Shown: positions 19,891-29,309 of the stretch, piece by piece
Layout of the letters: each line of letters opens with the position of its first letter
Position numbering within the stretch: the stretch's first letter is position 1
Source: Nanobdellota archaeon
Lineage (GTDB): Archaea; Nanobdellota; Nanobdellia; Pacearchaeales; GW2011-AR1
Direction of reading: 5' to 3'
DNA length: 64,000 bases
NCBI GenBank assembly: GCA_038045945.1
Contig: JBBSXC010000003.1
Coordinates: 64,001 to 128,000 of the forward strand
Position numbers and translations under genes: made by a program
Notes under the pieces: generated by a model
What the model was told of the DNA's origin: nothing
The model's database searches: none
What the model saw: the letters and a program-made list of their open reading frames with translations, nothing else

Positions 19891-20613
19891 TTATTTGTAC
19901 TTAGACCTAACTTCTCGAGCAATAGTCATAATTTCCCTAACCTTTGCCGGATTAACTCTCAAAGTAGTATCTTTACCAGGCTTAAAGTAAGAACCAACAA
20001 TTATACCATCACAGTTATCTAAAGTTTCATAACAATTATGCTTTTCAACACCAGAACCAGCAATAACAGGAAAAGACGGAGCTAAACGCTTAAAATCTTG
20101 TAATTTATCAATAGGAGTTTCCTCACCAGTGCCTTCACCAGTAGTTACGATAGCATCACAACGATCCATAGCAACTTTAAGAGAGTCAGGAAGAGTCCTC
20201 ATGCTCTCACGAGAATACTTAAAACGAACACCACCAAGAACAATAAGGCGAGGATTAGCTTTTCTAACATCAGACCAATAATCAAGATCAAAATCCCTAG
20301 GTTGAACACTATCAACCTGAACAAAACTACCACCATAATGAGAAGCTAAAGAAAAAGCGTCACCAATACGACCTAAAGCATTAACACCAACAACCAACTT
20401 ATTATCCCTCTCAGCAATAGCCTCCATAGCATCCATAAGATTATTCATATCACCATGAAAATTCTCAACAATAGCGCCATCAACACCCTCAGACTCATAA
20501 ATAGCTAATTCTTCCAAAGCACGAACAAGCTTTTGTTCATGAGTATCACCAGAAAGATGAATCATACCAATAACAGGTTTAGGAGTGCGAAAAACTCTAC
20601 GAAAGTTAAACAT
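19891..20613 (-). CDS. BtpA/SgcQ-family TIM-barrel protein
   Basis: KPVIGMIHL, GVDGAIVEN, GVNAL, DAIVTTGEGTG, GSGV, DGIIVGSYFK. Confidence 0.9.
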   Translation of the reverse strand: MFNFRRVFRTPKPVIGMIHLSGDTHEQKLVRALEELAIYESEGVDGAIVENFHGDMNNLMDAMEAIAERDNKLVVGVNALGRIGDAFSLASHYGGSFVQVDSVQPRDFDLDYWSDVRKANPRLIVLGGVRFKYSRESMRTLPDSLKVAMDRCDAIVTTGEGTGEETPIDKLQDFKRLAPSFPVIAGSGVEKHNCYETLDNCDGIIVGSYFKPGKDTTLRVNPAKVREIMTIAREVRSKYK

Positions 20614-20691
20614 GAAAAAACAATAATGATTATAGTTAATAAGTATTATTATTTTATAAGATAACGTTCCTTAAGGGCTTTGCGTATAAAG

Positions 20692-20862
20692 TTATTTTTT
20701 CTTTTCAAAAAAACTCCAAACTACATAAGCAAAAATACCAGGAGCAGACATTACTAACAAATTAGAATCCTCATTTGCCAAAAAAAGAAAATGAGCTAAA
20801 CGAGTAAGAAGAAGAACTACTAAAACAGCAATAACTTTCCATTTTGTTGGCTTAAAATTCAT
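20692..20862 (-). CDS. small membrane protein
   Basis: 'MNFKPTKWKVI...YVVWSFFEKK', two TM segments. Confidence 0.55.
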   Translation of the reverse strand: MNFKPTKWKVIAVLVVLLLTRLAHFLFLANEDSNLLVMSAPGIFAYVVWSFFEKKK

Positions 20863-20973
20863 AATAAAAATACAAGATTTATACAATTATAAACATTCCC
20901 CCTTAGGTACTCAACGACTTCCTTGACTAAACCTTTAAATAATCCAACCGTTATAAACTTAAAGAAAAAAGAG

Positions 20974-21279
20974 ATGGCAACAACAGTTAAAACATACAAA
21001 AAAGACGGTCAGTGGAAAACTTTGCACGTAATTGAAAAAACGCTAAAAGACCACGTAATAGAATGGTTAGCAGCAATACTAAGCGTTATAGGAATACTAC
21101 TAAACGCAAATCTTTTCAACATAACATCATTTAACACTTACAACTCATCATTCTACGTTTGGACAGCAGGAAACCTGTTATGGATAACATTCGCATACAA
21201 ACACAAACACTGGGGAGTACTAATAACATTCCTACTATACTGCATAGTAAACATACTAGCAATAATAAAAAACTTATAA
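20974..21279 (+). CDS. small three-TM membrane protein
   Basis: 'EWLAAILSVIGILLNA...FYVWTAGNLLWI' PnuC/PQ-like half-transporter pattern. Confidence 0.65.
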   Translation: MATTVKTYKKDGQWKTLHVIEKTLKDHVIEWLAAILSVIGILLNANLFNITSFNTYNSSFYVWTAGNLLWITFAYKHKHWGVLITFLLYCIVNILAIIKNL

Positions 21280-21695
21280 TGGCAAAAAAAGGAATAGCAA
21301 TAACAATAGTAATCTTTCTAACAGTAATAACATTAATATTAGGGCCAAAATTGTGGCCATCAATAGAAGGAGAAGTAGGACCAACAAGTGCACAAATACC
21401 ATTCTTGATAACACTATCAATAATAGAATCACTACTATTCGGAATAGGAATAGCACTAATATACATAGCAATACCACAACTGAAAAAAGTAAAAGAAGAG
21501 GAAAGAAGAAGAACATACTGGACTTTTGCATCAATAATATGGATACTAATATCATGGTGGCCACACGACAATTTACACAGACACGTGGGAATGAATTATT
21601 CAGCACTAATAGGGATAGAGTACGGATTCCACCTAACAATAATGTTAGCAGGAATAATGATCGCGTACTACTTCATGAAAGAAATAAAAGAATAA
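21279..21695 (+). CDS. four-TM membrane protein
   Basis: 'SWWPHDNLH' and 'IEYGFH' His motifs; start overlaps previous stop. Confidence 0.7.
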   Translation: MAKKGIAITIVIFLTVITLILGPKLWPSIEGEVGPTSAQIPFLITLSIIESLLFGIGIALIYIAIPQLKKVKEEERRRTYWTFASIIWILISWWPHDNLHRHVGMNYSALIGIEYGFHLTIMLAGIMIAYYFMKEIKE

Positions 21696-21774
21696 TGATT
21701 AACATATAGAAACTCTATTATAGATGATTATTTCTAATAATACTTATAAGATGAAGAAGTAATAATAAGTTCAA

Positions 21775-22038
21775 ATGGAACAGGAGAAAAAGAAGAGTTT
21801 TCATCATGGACTGTCAATAAGCGACTTAGCACCAATATTACAAGCAGTATCAGGAATATTTTTACTAATCATAATTATAACAGTATTCTATAACAAAGCA
21901 ACAACGATAGACAACGTTTTCCAAGTAATAATGGTAATATTATCAATATTCATAATAGTTGTAGGATTAGTATTCATGATTTTTAGAATAATTTTTGTTA
22001 GAAGAAAACACAGAGAACATGGAATAAGAACAAAATAA
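21775..22038 (+). CDS. small two-TM membrane protein
   Basis: 87-aa ORF with two hydrophobic helices. Confidence 0.6.
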   Translation: MEQEKKKSFHHGLSISDLAPILQAVSGIFLLIIIITVFYNKATTIDNVFQVIMVILSIFIIVVGLVFMIFRIIFVRRKHREHGIRTK

Positions 22039-22064
22039 TTATTTTCTTCAGAAAACTTTCTTTT

Positions 22065-23906
22065 TTATTTAGAACTAATGGGGCTTGGTAAAGGAGCACC
22101 AGACATAATACTGCCGCCTAAAACTTGTTTCTCCAAACCAATAGTTAAGTCATTACGACCAAGAGTCTTATCAAGATAAGCACCCATAGCCTCAACGCCA
22201 GAAACACCATAATCAGCAGTTAACTCATGATAAGTACTAAGAGATTCAGGGAACTTATCAAAAGTTTCAGACTGACCCCTATGAATAGTACGCTGAATAA
22301 AACCCTGGTATAACTTACTCTTACCATCAATCTCAACATGCCAATCAACAAAACCAGAATTATAAGAATAATCAGTTGTTGGAGCAGGCAAAGGAACATC
22401 AGTCCTAACTCTTAAATCAATAGATGGAACAGGAGCAGGTAAAGGAACATCAGTCCTAACCTTTAAATCAATAGATTGAACAGGGGGAGGTAAGGGAGCA
22501 CCAGGCATAACACGTAAATCAGCAGTAGGAGCAGGTAAAGGAACATCAGTCCTAACAGCTTGATTTTTGAATAAGTCATCAGAAGTTAAAAACTCCAAGC
22601 CATTATCAGAAGCATACTTCTTCACTCTAACAGTCTCATCAGCCATTTTTTTAGCTAAAGCAACATCAGCCTTTCTCTCATTATCTTGAGAAACCAAATA
22701 GTTATGCAATTCAGCAACTTGTCCAATACCGCTATACTTCTTCTCTAAAGACTTAACAAAAGAGAAGTCCGGATCAGAATCAGGTGTAACATTAGCTGAA
22801 TAAATTTTGTCTAAAGCACTAAGAGCCCGACTTGACTCTTCATCAGACCAATAACTAACATCAACTTCCCAATCAGCCTTAACAGAAGACTCTAAAGACT
22901 TAGAATTATCAACCAAAACAAAACGCAAATCCTTAACATCAGAAGAATTATGAAAATCCATAGTAGGAACAGTTACAGCAGCAGGAATCATACCAGAAAC
23001 TTTAGAATCATCTAAAACCGTAACTATAGGACTAACAGGTTTAGTATAAAAATCATCATTATTCAAAGCTAAAGCCTTCTTGACATCATCAGTGTTATAA
23101 GCAGAAGAAACATCTTTGCCCAAACTAGAGTAATGATCAAGAGTATTCCTAAGCATACGAGTATCCAAATCAGTTTTACTAAGAGAAACATAAGAAGGAA
23201 CATCCATGGAATCAGTAGGTCTTGGAGGAATAACAAAGACTTTATCGCCATTCATAACAATATTATTAACAGGTTTAGGAAGAGTAACCTTATCTCTAAC
23301 AAAAACCGGATTATAATGCAAACTATTAAGATTGTCAATAACCTCATCAAGACGAGAAGGTTTAGAATCATCATCAGCTACAACAGAAGAAATACAAGAA
23401 CGATCATTACGATCACAAGAATTATTAGAACTAACACAACCAGAAGTTGAAAGACCCATAACACTACCAGCAGCCATAACAACACTAGCAGCAATACCAG
23501 TCATCCTCTTAGAATAATCACTCATAAGAAAAACGTTATTATTAACTGGTAAAGCATTAAGGGCAGGGCGAATAGTGTAGGCTTCTAAATGATTTCTCAA
23601 AGAAGAATTATTATTACCCAAAAAATTCATTAGCTTCTGAGAAAAATCAGAAGATATTTTGTTATCATGATTATAAAGAACATTAGTAATTTGAGAAGAA
23701 ATCTTATCAATGCTTACACCATCATGAATCCTAGAAGCAATATTAGCAATTTTCCTCTCAAAATCGTTAGTTGCGTTATTATGCAGACGATTCTTAACCT
23801 TTTCAACATCACTAACAACTCTTAATTCAACTTTAGGAGTATCTTTTATAACACCAGTTGCCTTAGCAACACTTTGCACAGCCTTCTTAAGAAAACCAAA
23901 TACCAT
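22065..23906 (-). CDS. hypothetical protein with Pro-rich repeats
   Basis: Long ORF; internal hydrophobic segment ending STSGC; repeats VRTDVPLPAP. Confidence 0.7.
   Translation of the reverse strand: MVFGFLKKAVQSVAKATGVIKDTPKVELRVVSDVEKVKNRLHNNATNDFERKIANIASRIHDGVSIDKISSQITNVLYNHDNKISSDFSQKLMNFLGNNNSSLRNHLEAYTIRPALNALPVNNNVFLMSDYSKRMTGIAASVVMAAGSVMGLSTSGCVSSNNSCDRNDRSCISSVVADDDSKPSRLDEVIDNLNSLHYNPVFVRDKVTLPKPVNNIVMNGDKVFVIPPRPTDSMDVPSYVSLSKTDLDTRMLRNTLDHYSSLGKDVSSAYNTDDVKKALALNNDDFYTKPVSPIVTVLDDSKVSGMIPAAVTVPTMDFHNSSDVKDLRFVLVDNSKSLESSVKADWEVDVSYWSDEESSRALSALDKIYSANVTPDSDPDFSFVKSLEKKYSGIGQVAELHNYLVSQDNERKADVALAKKMADETVRVKKYASDNGLEFLTSDDLFKNQAVRTDVPLPAPTADLRVMPGAPLPPPVQSIDLKVRTDVPLPAPVPSIDLRVRTDVPLPAPTTDYSYNSGFVDWHVEIDGKSKLYQGFIQRTIHRGQSETFDKFPESLSTYHELTADYGVSGVEAMGAYLDKTLGRNDLTIGLEKQVLGGSIMSGAPLPSPISSK
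22378..22557 (-). repeat. intragenic repeats encoding (V)RTDVPLPAP
   Basis: 29-nt unit ggagcaggYaaaggaacatcagtcctaac at 22381, 22432 and 22528 (+ strand), with one degenerate unit between the last two. Confidence 0.85.
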
Positions 23907-23985
23907 TGTGTTACTATCATACAATGACTTATAAACCTATCCTTTAGCTGATAAGTATTTAAAGATACGAAACGCAAACAAACTA

Positions 23986-24417
23986 ATGGTTAAGGCTAAA
24001 AACAACAACAGAATGATGATTATTGGAACAGTTGTTATCCTAGCAATAATTATCGGGATAGTAGCATTCTCAACAATTTCTAAACCAGAACCAGCGATTA
24101 TACCAACAGATAATAATGACGCACCAATAGTTGATAACGGTCTTGACTTAAAACCTTCTGCTAATCAAGGGAAAAACATAGTTATTGGTGGGCAAAAATA
24201 CTTACCCCAAACACTAACAATTAATAAAGGCGAAACAATAGTGTGGGTTAATGATGACTCAATGCAACACACAGTAACTTCTGACAGTGGATCTGAACTT
24301 AACTCAGGAACAATAGGATTAGGACAAAAATATTCACACACATTCGAAAATGCAGGAACATACGAATACCACTGCGAATTCCACTCATCAATGAAAGGTA
24401 AAATAATAGTTCAATAA
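23986..24417 (+). CDS. membrane-anchored plastocyanin/azurin-like cupredoxin
   Basis: Type-1 copper ligands HTVT and YHCEFHSSM. Confidence 0.9.
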   Translation: MVKAKNNNRMMIIGTVVILAIIIGIVAFSTISKPEPAIIPTDNNDAPIVDNGLDLKPSANQGKNIVIGGQKYLPQTLTINKGETIVWVNDDSMQHTVTSDSGSELNSGTIGLGQKYSHTFENAGTYEYHCEFHSSMKGKIIVQ

Positions 24418-24484
24418 AAAACTACCTTCACCAAAACTCTTTCTTCAAAAAAAAGTTAATAAAAATAAAAAAGTTTTTGTTTAT

Positions 24485-25351
24485 TTAGGCTTTAGCTTTG
24501 AATAATCCTCTAAACCTAGACCAGAAGCCAACCTTAGCACCGTTATCTGAAACTTTAACAGTTCCATCAGCACTAACATTAACTTCTCCCTCACCCTTAA
24601 GTCTATGGTCCATTGTCGCAATGCTTAAAGTGTAAGTCTTACCTGAATCAAGCTTTAATTCTCCACCCCAAGTGCTAAAAGCACCAATGGCAGTCTTTTC
24701 ATCAAGTACTAAAGTACCACTAGTCTTACCCTTTAACGTAACGTTAAAAGTCATTTTTGTATCAGTCTTAGAAGTTAATTCTAAATTGTAAGCCTCATGA
24801 CCAACAATTTTTATAATACCCCTACTCTTAGTAACTTCAACATCTGATCCTGACTTAACATAGGACTTCTCAACTAACATTATTCTAGCAAAAGCGCCTT
24901 CATCAGCCGTAACAGCCCAACCCTCACCTTGCGAAACTTGAGCGAAAGTACTGGCCTTGAGTGTTGAATCAAGACTTGCAGAAGCATCAATATCCCTAGA
25001 CTGAGCCTCAATAGCTTCAGAGTTAGAAACAGAAACTTCCTCGTCATAATCAGCACGTATCTTCATAGCTAGTTCTTTAGAAGTTCTAGCAACAGCTCTG
25101 TTAGACCTATCAATAGCGACTCTAGCTCTATCTTCAATCCCTAAAGCACGGCCCCTAATTGATGAGTCAGCACTAGCACTAGCAGAAGTGTCAGAACTAG
25201 CAGATGAACCCGCAGATCCTGTACTCACACTAGTATCAGCATCAATATCAACTCCTGCCTGACCAGTAATGCCAGCAGCGCTAACACTGGCTAAAAAACC
25301 CATAACTAAAACAAAGCTAATAAAAGCAAATTGCATTTTTTCCTTATTCAT
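24485..25351 (-). CDS. secreted hypothetical protein
   Basis: Signal peptide, Ser/Ala-rich linker, C-terminal amphipathic GFWSRFRGLF; GGAGG Shine-Dalgarno-like site upstream. Confidence 0.7.
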   Translation of the reverse strand: MNKEKMQFAFISFVLVMGFLASVSAAGITGQAGVDIDADTSVSTGSAGSSASSDTSASASADSSIRGRALGIEDRARVAIDRSNRAVARTSKELAMKIRADYDEEVSVSNSEAIEAQSRDIDASASLDSTLKASTFAQVSQGEGWAVTADEGAFARIMLVEKSYVKSGSDVEVTKSRGIIKIVGHEAYNLELTSKTDTKMTFNVTLKGKTSGTLVLDEKTAIGAFSTWGGELKLDSGKTYTLSIATMDHRLKGEGEVNVSADGTVKVSDNGAKVGFWSRFRGLFKAKA

Positions 25352-25430
25352 ATTTTCTATTTATACCTCCTTACAATTATTTGACAAACCATTAAAAAAG
25401 TAAAGGAAAAAATGTATATTAAACCTGGCC

Positions 25431-25460
25431 GAGACCAAAATGGGACTAATAATGAGACTA
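25431..25460. promoter_or_regulatory. three direct repeats G(A/G)GAC(C/T)A upstream of the TATA box of 24485..25351
   Basis: GAGACCA 25431, GGGACTA 25442, GAGACTA 25454; spacing 11 and 12 nt. Confidence 0.45.
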
Positions 25461-25510
25461 TGTGGAGTATGAAAAAATAATACTTTTTTCAAAAAATAAT
25501 TTTTCTTTTT

Positions 25511-26221
25511 TTATGCTAACTCAATAATTTTGTTTTTGCCTTCACCTTTACGAACAATAAGACCCTTCTTCTCAAGCTCTTGTAAAACCCTGAAAAATGA
25601 TGATTTAGGAATAGAAGAAAGAATTCTCAAATAAGAACTACTAATCCTCTTCTTATCCTTAATAATACCAATAAGCAAACGCTCACTACTATTAAGAGTA
25701 GGCTCAATGATAGAAATCTTTTTATCACGAGTAAGACGACGATTATTAACAGGCTTTAAAAAAACTTTTCCTTTAGAAAAATAGTAGTAAGATAAACTAA
25801 TAATTATTAGAGCAGAAATAATAATTATTAATAACAAAAAAGTTTTTTCATCATCAAAAACATAAGTTATTTGGACACTTCCTTGAGAATAAACAACAAT
25901 GTTCCTAACGCTTGTGGAAACCTCACCATTAGTACTCTTAATTATAACATTACGAGGTAAAAAAACCTGTATTTCAGAATTATCAATACTTAAAGAAAAA
26001 TTCCAAACACTACCAACTTTACTCGTAAGATCATAAGAAATACCACGAACTTTACCATCAATGGAAGTAACGCCCAAAGGAAGAGGAACATCACTATCTG
26101 AAGAACCTAAAAAAGTAGATTTACCAGAAGAATCAACATGAACAACAATTTCAGAAGAAGCAAGAACTAAACCAGTTAATAATGACAAAATCACCACCAT
26201 AATAAACATTATCTTCATCAA
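25511..26221 (-). CDS. membrane-anchored winged-helix transcriptional regulator
   Basis: Signal peptide, extracellular beta domain, TM, C-terminal wHTH (LNSSER...IPKSSFFRVLQELEKKGLIVRKGEGKNKII). Confidence 0.8.
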   Translation of the reverse strand: MMKIMFIMVVILSLLTGLVLASSEIVVHVDSSGKSTFLGSSDSDVPLPLGVTSIDGKVRGISYDLTSKVGSVWNFSLSIDNSEIQVFLPRNVIIKSTNGEVSTSVRNIVVYSQGSVQITYVFDDEKTFLLLIIIISALIIISLSYYYFSKGKVFLKPVNNRRLTRDKKISIIEPTLNSSERLLIGIIKDKKRISSSYLRILSSIPKSSFFRVLQELEKKGLIVRKGEGKNKIIELA

Positions 26222-26272
26222 TTTTTAACAATACTTCAATATTTATAAACCTGACACAAAATAAAAAAGAAA

Positions 26273-27868
26273 TTATTTTTTCCCTATACATGCCTTAACA
26301 AAATTATAAAAAAACTTGTCAGGATTAGTCAAAGTACTTGTTAATTCAGGGTGAGCCTGAGTAGCCATAAAAAAAGGGTGATTCTTAATCTCAACTATTT
26401 GCATAATTTTGTTATCAGGAGTAGTACCACTAAAAACTAAACCATTACTTCTCAATTCTGAAACGTACAAAGGGTTAACTTCGTAACGATGCCTAAACCT
26501 CAACCTTACAGAATCACCAAAAATTTTACCAGCTAAACTATCAGAATCATTAATTATAACATCATGACCTCCAAGTCTCATAGTACCGCCCTTATCACTT
26601 ATTGCTCTCTGCTCAGGAAGCAAATCAATAACAGGATTATTAGTAGAAGGATTAATCTCAGTACTATTAGCATCAATTAATCCGCAAACATTTCGAGCAT
26701 ACTCAATAACTGCTAACTGCATACCATAACATAATCCCAAATAAGGAAGATTATTATTACGACAATGATTAATAACCTTTATTTTACCCTCAGCACCCCT
26801 AACACCAAAACCTCCAGGAACAATAACACCATCAATACCCTTTAATGCATCACTAACAACAACCTTACCATCCTCAATATTAGTAGTCTCAACCCAAACA
26901 ATTACAGGCTTAACACCAAAATGAGCACAAGAATGCCTCAAAGCCTCAACAACACTAGCATAACTATCCTCAAGCTCAGTATACTTACCACAAATAGCAA
27001 CTCTTAACTCCTTAGAAGGATTACTCATAGAATAAACCAAATCATTCCAAGAAGGATCAGGAATAACAGACCAAGAAAACTTTTTGTTAATCAAACTAAC
27101 AATTCCCTGCTTCTCAAAATTAACAGGAACCTCATAAACATTATTAGTATCCTTACCAGTAATAACACAATCAGTATCAATATCAGCCCAAGAAGCAATA
27201 CGCTCACGAATCTTATTAGTCAACCAATCCTTACAACGAGCAATAATTATATCAGGCTGAATACCCCTCTGCCGGAGCAAACTGATACTTTGCTGAACAG
27301 GCTTACTCTTCTGCTCATTAACGCCTGATGGTATAGGAACATAACCAAGATGAACATACAAAATATTATCCTTACCAACATCCTTCTTAAGCTCCCTAAC
27401 AGCCTCCAAGTAAAGCTCATTCTCCATATCACCAACAGTCCCACCAATCTCAATAAGTAACAAATCAGGATTCTCCTCCAAAACAATCCTGTTAAAATGA
27501 TCCTTAATAACATTAACAACATGAGGAATGTACTGAACAGTCTTACCCAAATAATCACCCCTCCTCTCCTTAAGACGAACCGTATCAAAAACCTTACCCA
27601 TAGTCAGGTTCCAAGACTTCTTAGTAGTACAATTAAGAAACCTCTCATAATGACCAAAATCCATATCAACCTCACCACCATCATCCATAACAAAAACTTC
27701 TCCGTGCTCAACAGGATTCATAGTACCAGGATCAGTATTAAGGTAACCATCACACTTAATAGGAATAACCTTTTTTGAAGGTGAAAGAAGACGACCAATA
27801 CTAGCAGCAGCAATACCCTTACCAATACCAGAAATAACACCCCCAGTAATAACCAAATATTTTGTCAT
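26273..27868 (-). CDS. pyrG: CTP synthase
   Basis: TGGVISGIGKG, DPGTMNP.EHGE, EIGGTVGD, VPGGFG, GLCYGMQ, RFRHRYEV, QAHPE. Confidence 0.98.
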   Translation of the reverse strand: MTKYLVITGGVISGIGKGIAAASIGRLLSPSKKVIPIKCDGYLNTDPGTMNPVEHGEVFVMDDGGEVDMDFGHYERFLNCTTKKSWNLTMGKVFDTVRLKERRGDYLGKTVQYIPHVVNVIKDHFNRIVLEENPDLLLIEIGGTVGDMENELYLEAVRELKKDVGKDNILYVHLGYVPIPSGVNEQKSKPVQQSISLLRQRGIQPDIIIARCKDWLTNKIRERIASWADIDTDCVITGKDTNNVYEVPVNFEKQGIVSLINKKFSWSVIPDPSWNDLVYSMSNPSKELRVAICGKYTELEDSYASVVEALRHSCAHFGVKPVIVWVETTNIEDGKVVVSDALKGIDGVIVPGGFGVRGAEGKIKVINHCRNNNLPYLGLCYGMQLAVIEYARNVCGLIDANSTEINPSTNNPVIDLLPEQRAISDKGGTMRLGGHDVIINDSDSLAGKIFGDSVRLRFRHRYEVNPLYVSELRSNGLVFSGTTPDNKIMQIVEIKNHPFFMATQAHPELTSTLTNPDKFFYNFVKACIGKK

Positions 27869-27932
27869 GATACAAAATAAACTCTTGCAAGAATACTATT
27901 TAAGTTTTTATGAAAAAACAGAGAAAAAATCA

Positions 27933-27950
27933 TGTACAAATACTTGTACA
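27933..27950. promoter_or_regulatory. palindrome TGTACAA-ATAC-TTGTACA in the divergent pyrG intergenic region
   Basis: Perfect 7-bp inverted repeat with a 4-nt spacer. Confidence 0.4.
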
Positions 27951-28026
27951 CAAAAAAATTTGTAAGACTAATAATTATCCAATTAGTATAGACAAGCTTT
28001 TAAAGTCAAAAACATTATTCACTATT

Positions 28027-28191
28027 ATGAACGAAAAAAAGAGGCTTAAAATGGCAGTAATCGCTGGAGCTGCAGCAGCATCAAAATTCATGAAGAATAA
28101 TAGGATGGCAACAAGCGAAGACGCAATAAGACACGTAACAAAAGAAATAGCTTCAATTCTAGAAAACATTGAGAAAGACGGAGAAATATAA
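28027..28191 (+). CDS. small hypothetical protein
   Basis: MNEKKRLKMAVIAGAAAA...; TATA-like TTTTAAG about 23 nt upstream. Confidence 0.6.
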   Translation: MNEKKRLKMAVIAGAAAASKFMKNNRMATSEDAIRHVTKEIASILENIEKDGEI

Positions 28192-28216
28192 AAACAATAA
28201 CTTTTTATTTAAGTAA

Positions 28217-28717
28217 ATGAAAAGAGTCAACCACACAATAATAATTGTAACAATAATAGCTTTACTATCAATAGCACTCTACATAAACAGCGATAATAAA
28301 GAAAAAACACAAATAATTAACGACCAAGAAGCAAAAACAACAAAAACATTTACATCTCCAACATACATAACTTACAAAAATTTTGAGCCAGTAATGAGCA
28401 AAATGAGCATTATTAAAGACGTACCAGAAGAATACCCGATACAACTAAAATTTTTCAATTTTAACACCGGGATTAGACAATGGGAAAAATCATACATAAT
28501 TTCTTCGGCGGGTGTTAAAGAAGGAACGATAGAAAACCCGGAATTAACAGTTGTTCTAAACTCAAAATACTTACAAGGACTAACAACAGCAAACTTTTGC
28601 TCAGCAATAAGCCTAGCAAAAAAGAACGGAGACTTAGGAATAGAATCAGAATCATCAAGCATAAGCCTAGCAATAAAGTATAAATCACTAATAAAACACA
28701 AAGACTGCTTAGGATAA
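28217..28717 (+). CDS. membrane-anchored protein, SCP2-like
   Basis: N-terminal TM; 'VKEGTIENPELTVVLNS...AKKNGDLGIE' resembles the SCP2 fold. Confidence 0.6.
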   Translation: MKRVNHTIIIVTIIALLSIALYINSDNKEKTQIINDQEAKTTKTFTSPTYITYKNFEPVMSKMSIIKDVPEEYPIQLKFFNFNTGIRQWEKSYIISSAGVKEGTIENPELTVVLNSKYLQGLTTANFCSAISLAKKNGDLGIESESSSISLAIKYKSLIKHKDCLG

Positions 28718-28724
28718 AAAAAAT

Positions 28725-29285
28725 TTAAGCCCCTGCTAACTCTCTTCCTCTATATGTTTCTCTAATTCTCTCCCTAGCCCTGTGAACTCTTGACATAACA
28801 GTGCCTGGAGGTATCCCAAACTTTTCGGATATTTCTTTACAACTCATTTCTCCAACAGATTTAAGTCTTAAAGCCTCAAAATATAAAGGGTCTACACCTT
28901 TAGAATAATTATCAACAGCATCTCTTTCCTCATAAGACATTTCACCATTATGCCCTTCATAATTTTTTTCTGAGGCAGCTATTCTCTCTAAAGAATCATC
29001 ATTAACCGGACCAAGCTTCCCACGCTTCATATGAGTTAACAAGTCTCTCTTAACAATTGTTTTAAAAAGAGCCTTAAAACTCGTATTAGGCATAACATTA
29101 CGACTCGTTTTAAACAAAGCGGTATTGGCAATCCATTCTGCATCACTAACCTCTACCTTCCCATAAGTGCTCCTGCTAAAATCTCTAGCATAATTCATAG
29201 CCAAAGCCATGTGTTCAGTGATCATTCTTTCTCTTTCACTATCAGTGAATAATCCTTCATTCTTGTAACTACCTAATGATGACAT
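28725..29285 (-). CDS. ECF-type sigma-70 family factor homolog
   Basis: Region 2-like 'HMALAMNYARDF...DAEWIANTALFK...SFKALFKTIVKRDLLTHMKR'; region 4.2 'LRLKSVGEMSCKEISEKFGIPPGTVMSRVHRARERIRE'. Confidence 0.85.
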   Translation of the reverse strand: MSSLGSYKNEGLFTDSERERMITEHMALAMNYARDFSRSTYGKVEVSDAEWIANTALFKTSRNVMPNTSFKALFKTIVKRDLLTHMKRGKLGPVNDDSLERIAASEKNYEGHNGEMSYEERDAVDNYSKGVDPLYFEALRLKSVGEMSCKEISEKFGIPPGTVMSRVHRARERIRETYRGRELAGA

Positions 29286-29309
29286 AAAAATGTCAAGATT
29301 TTAGGGTTT

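Noticed and set aside
22378-22557. CRISPR array
   Set aside because: Repeats are in frame within a CDS, the spacers resemble each other, and there are no cas genes.
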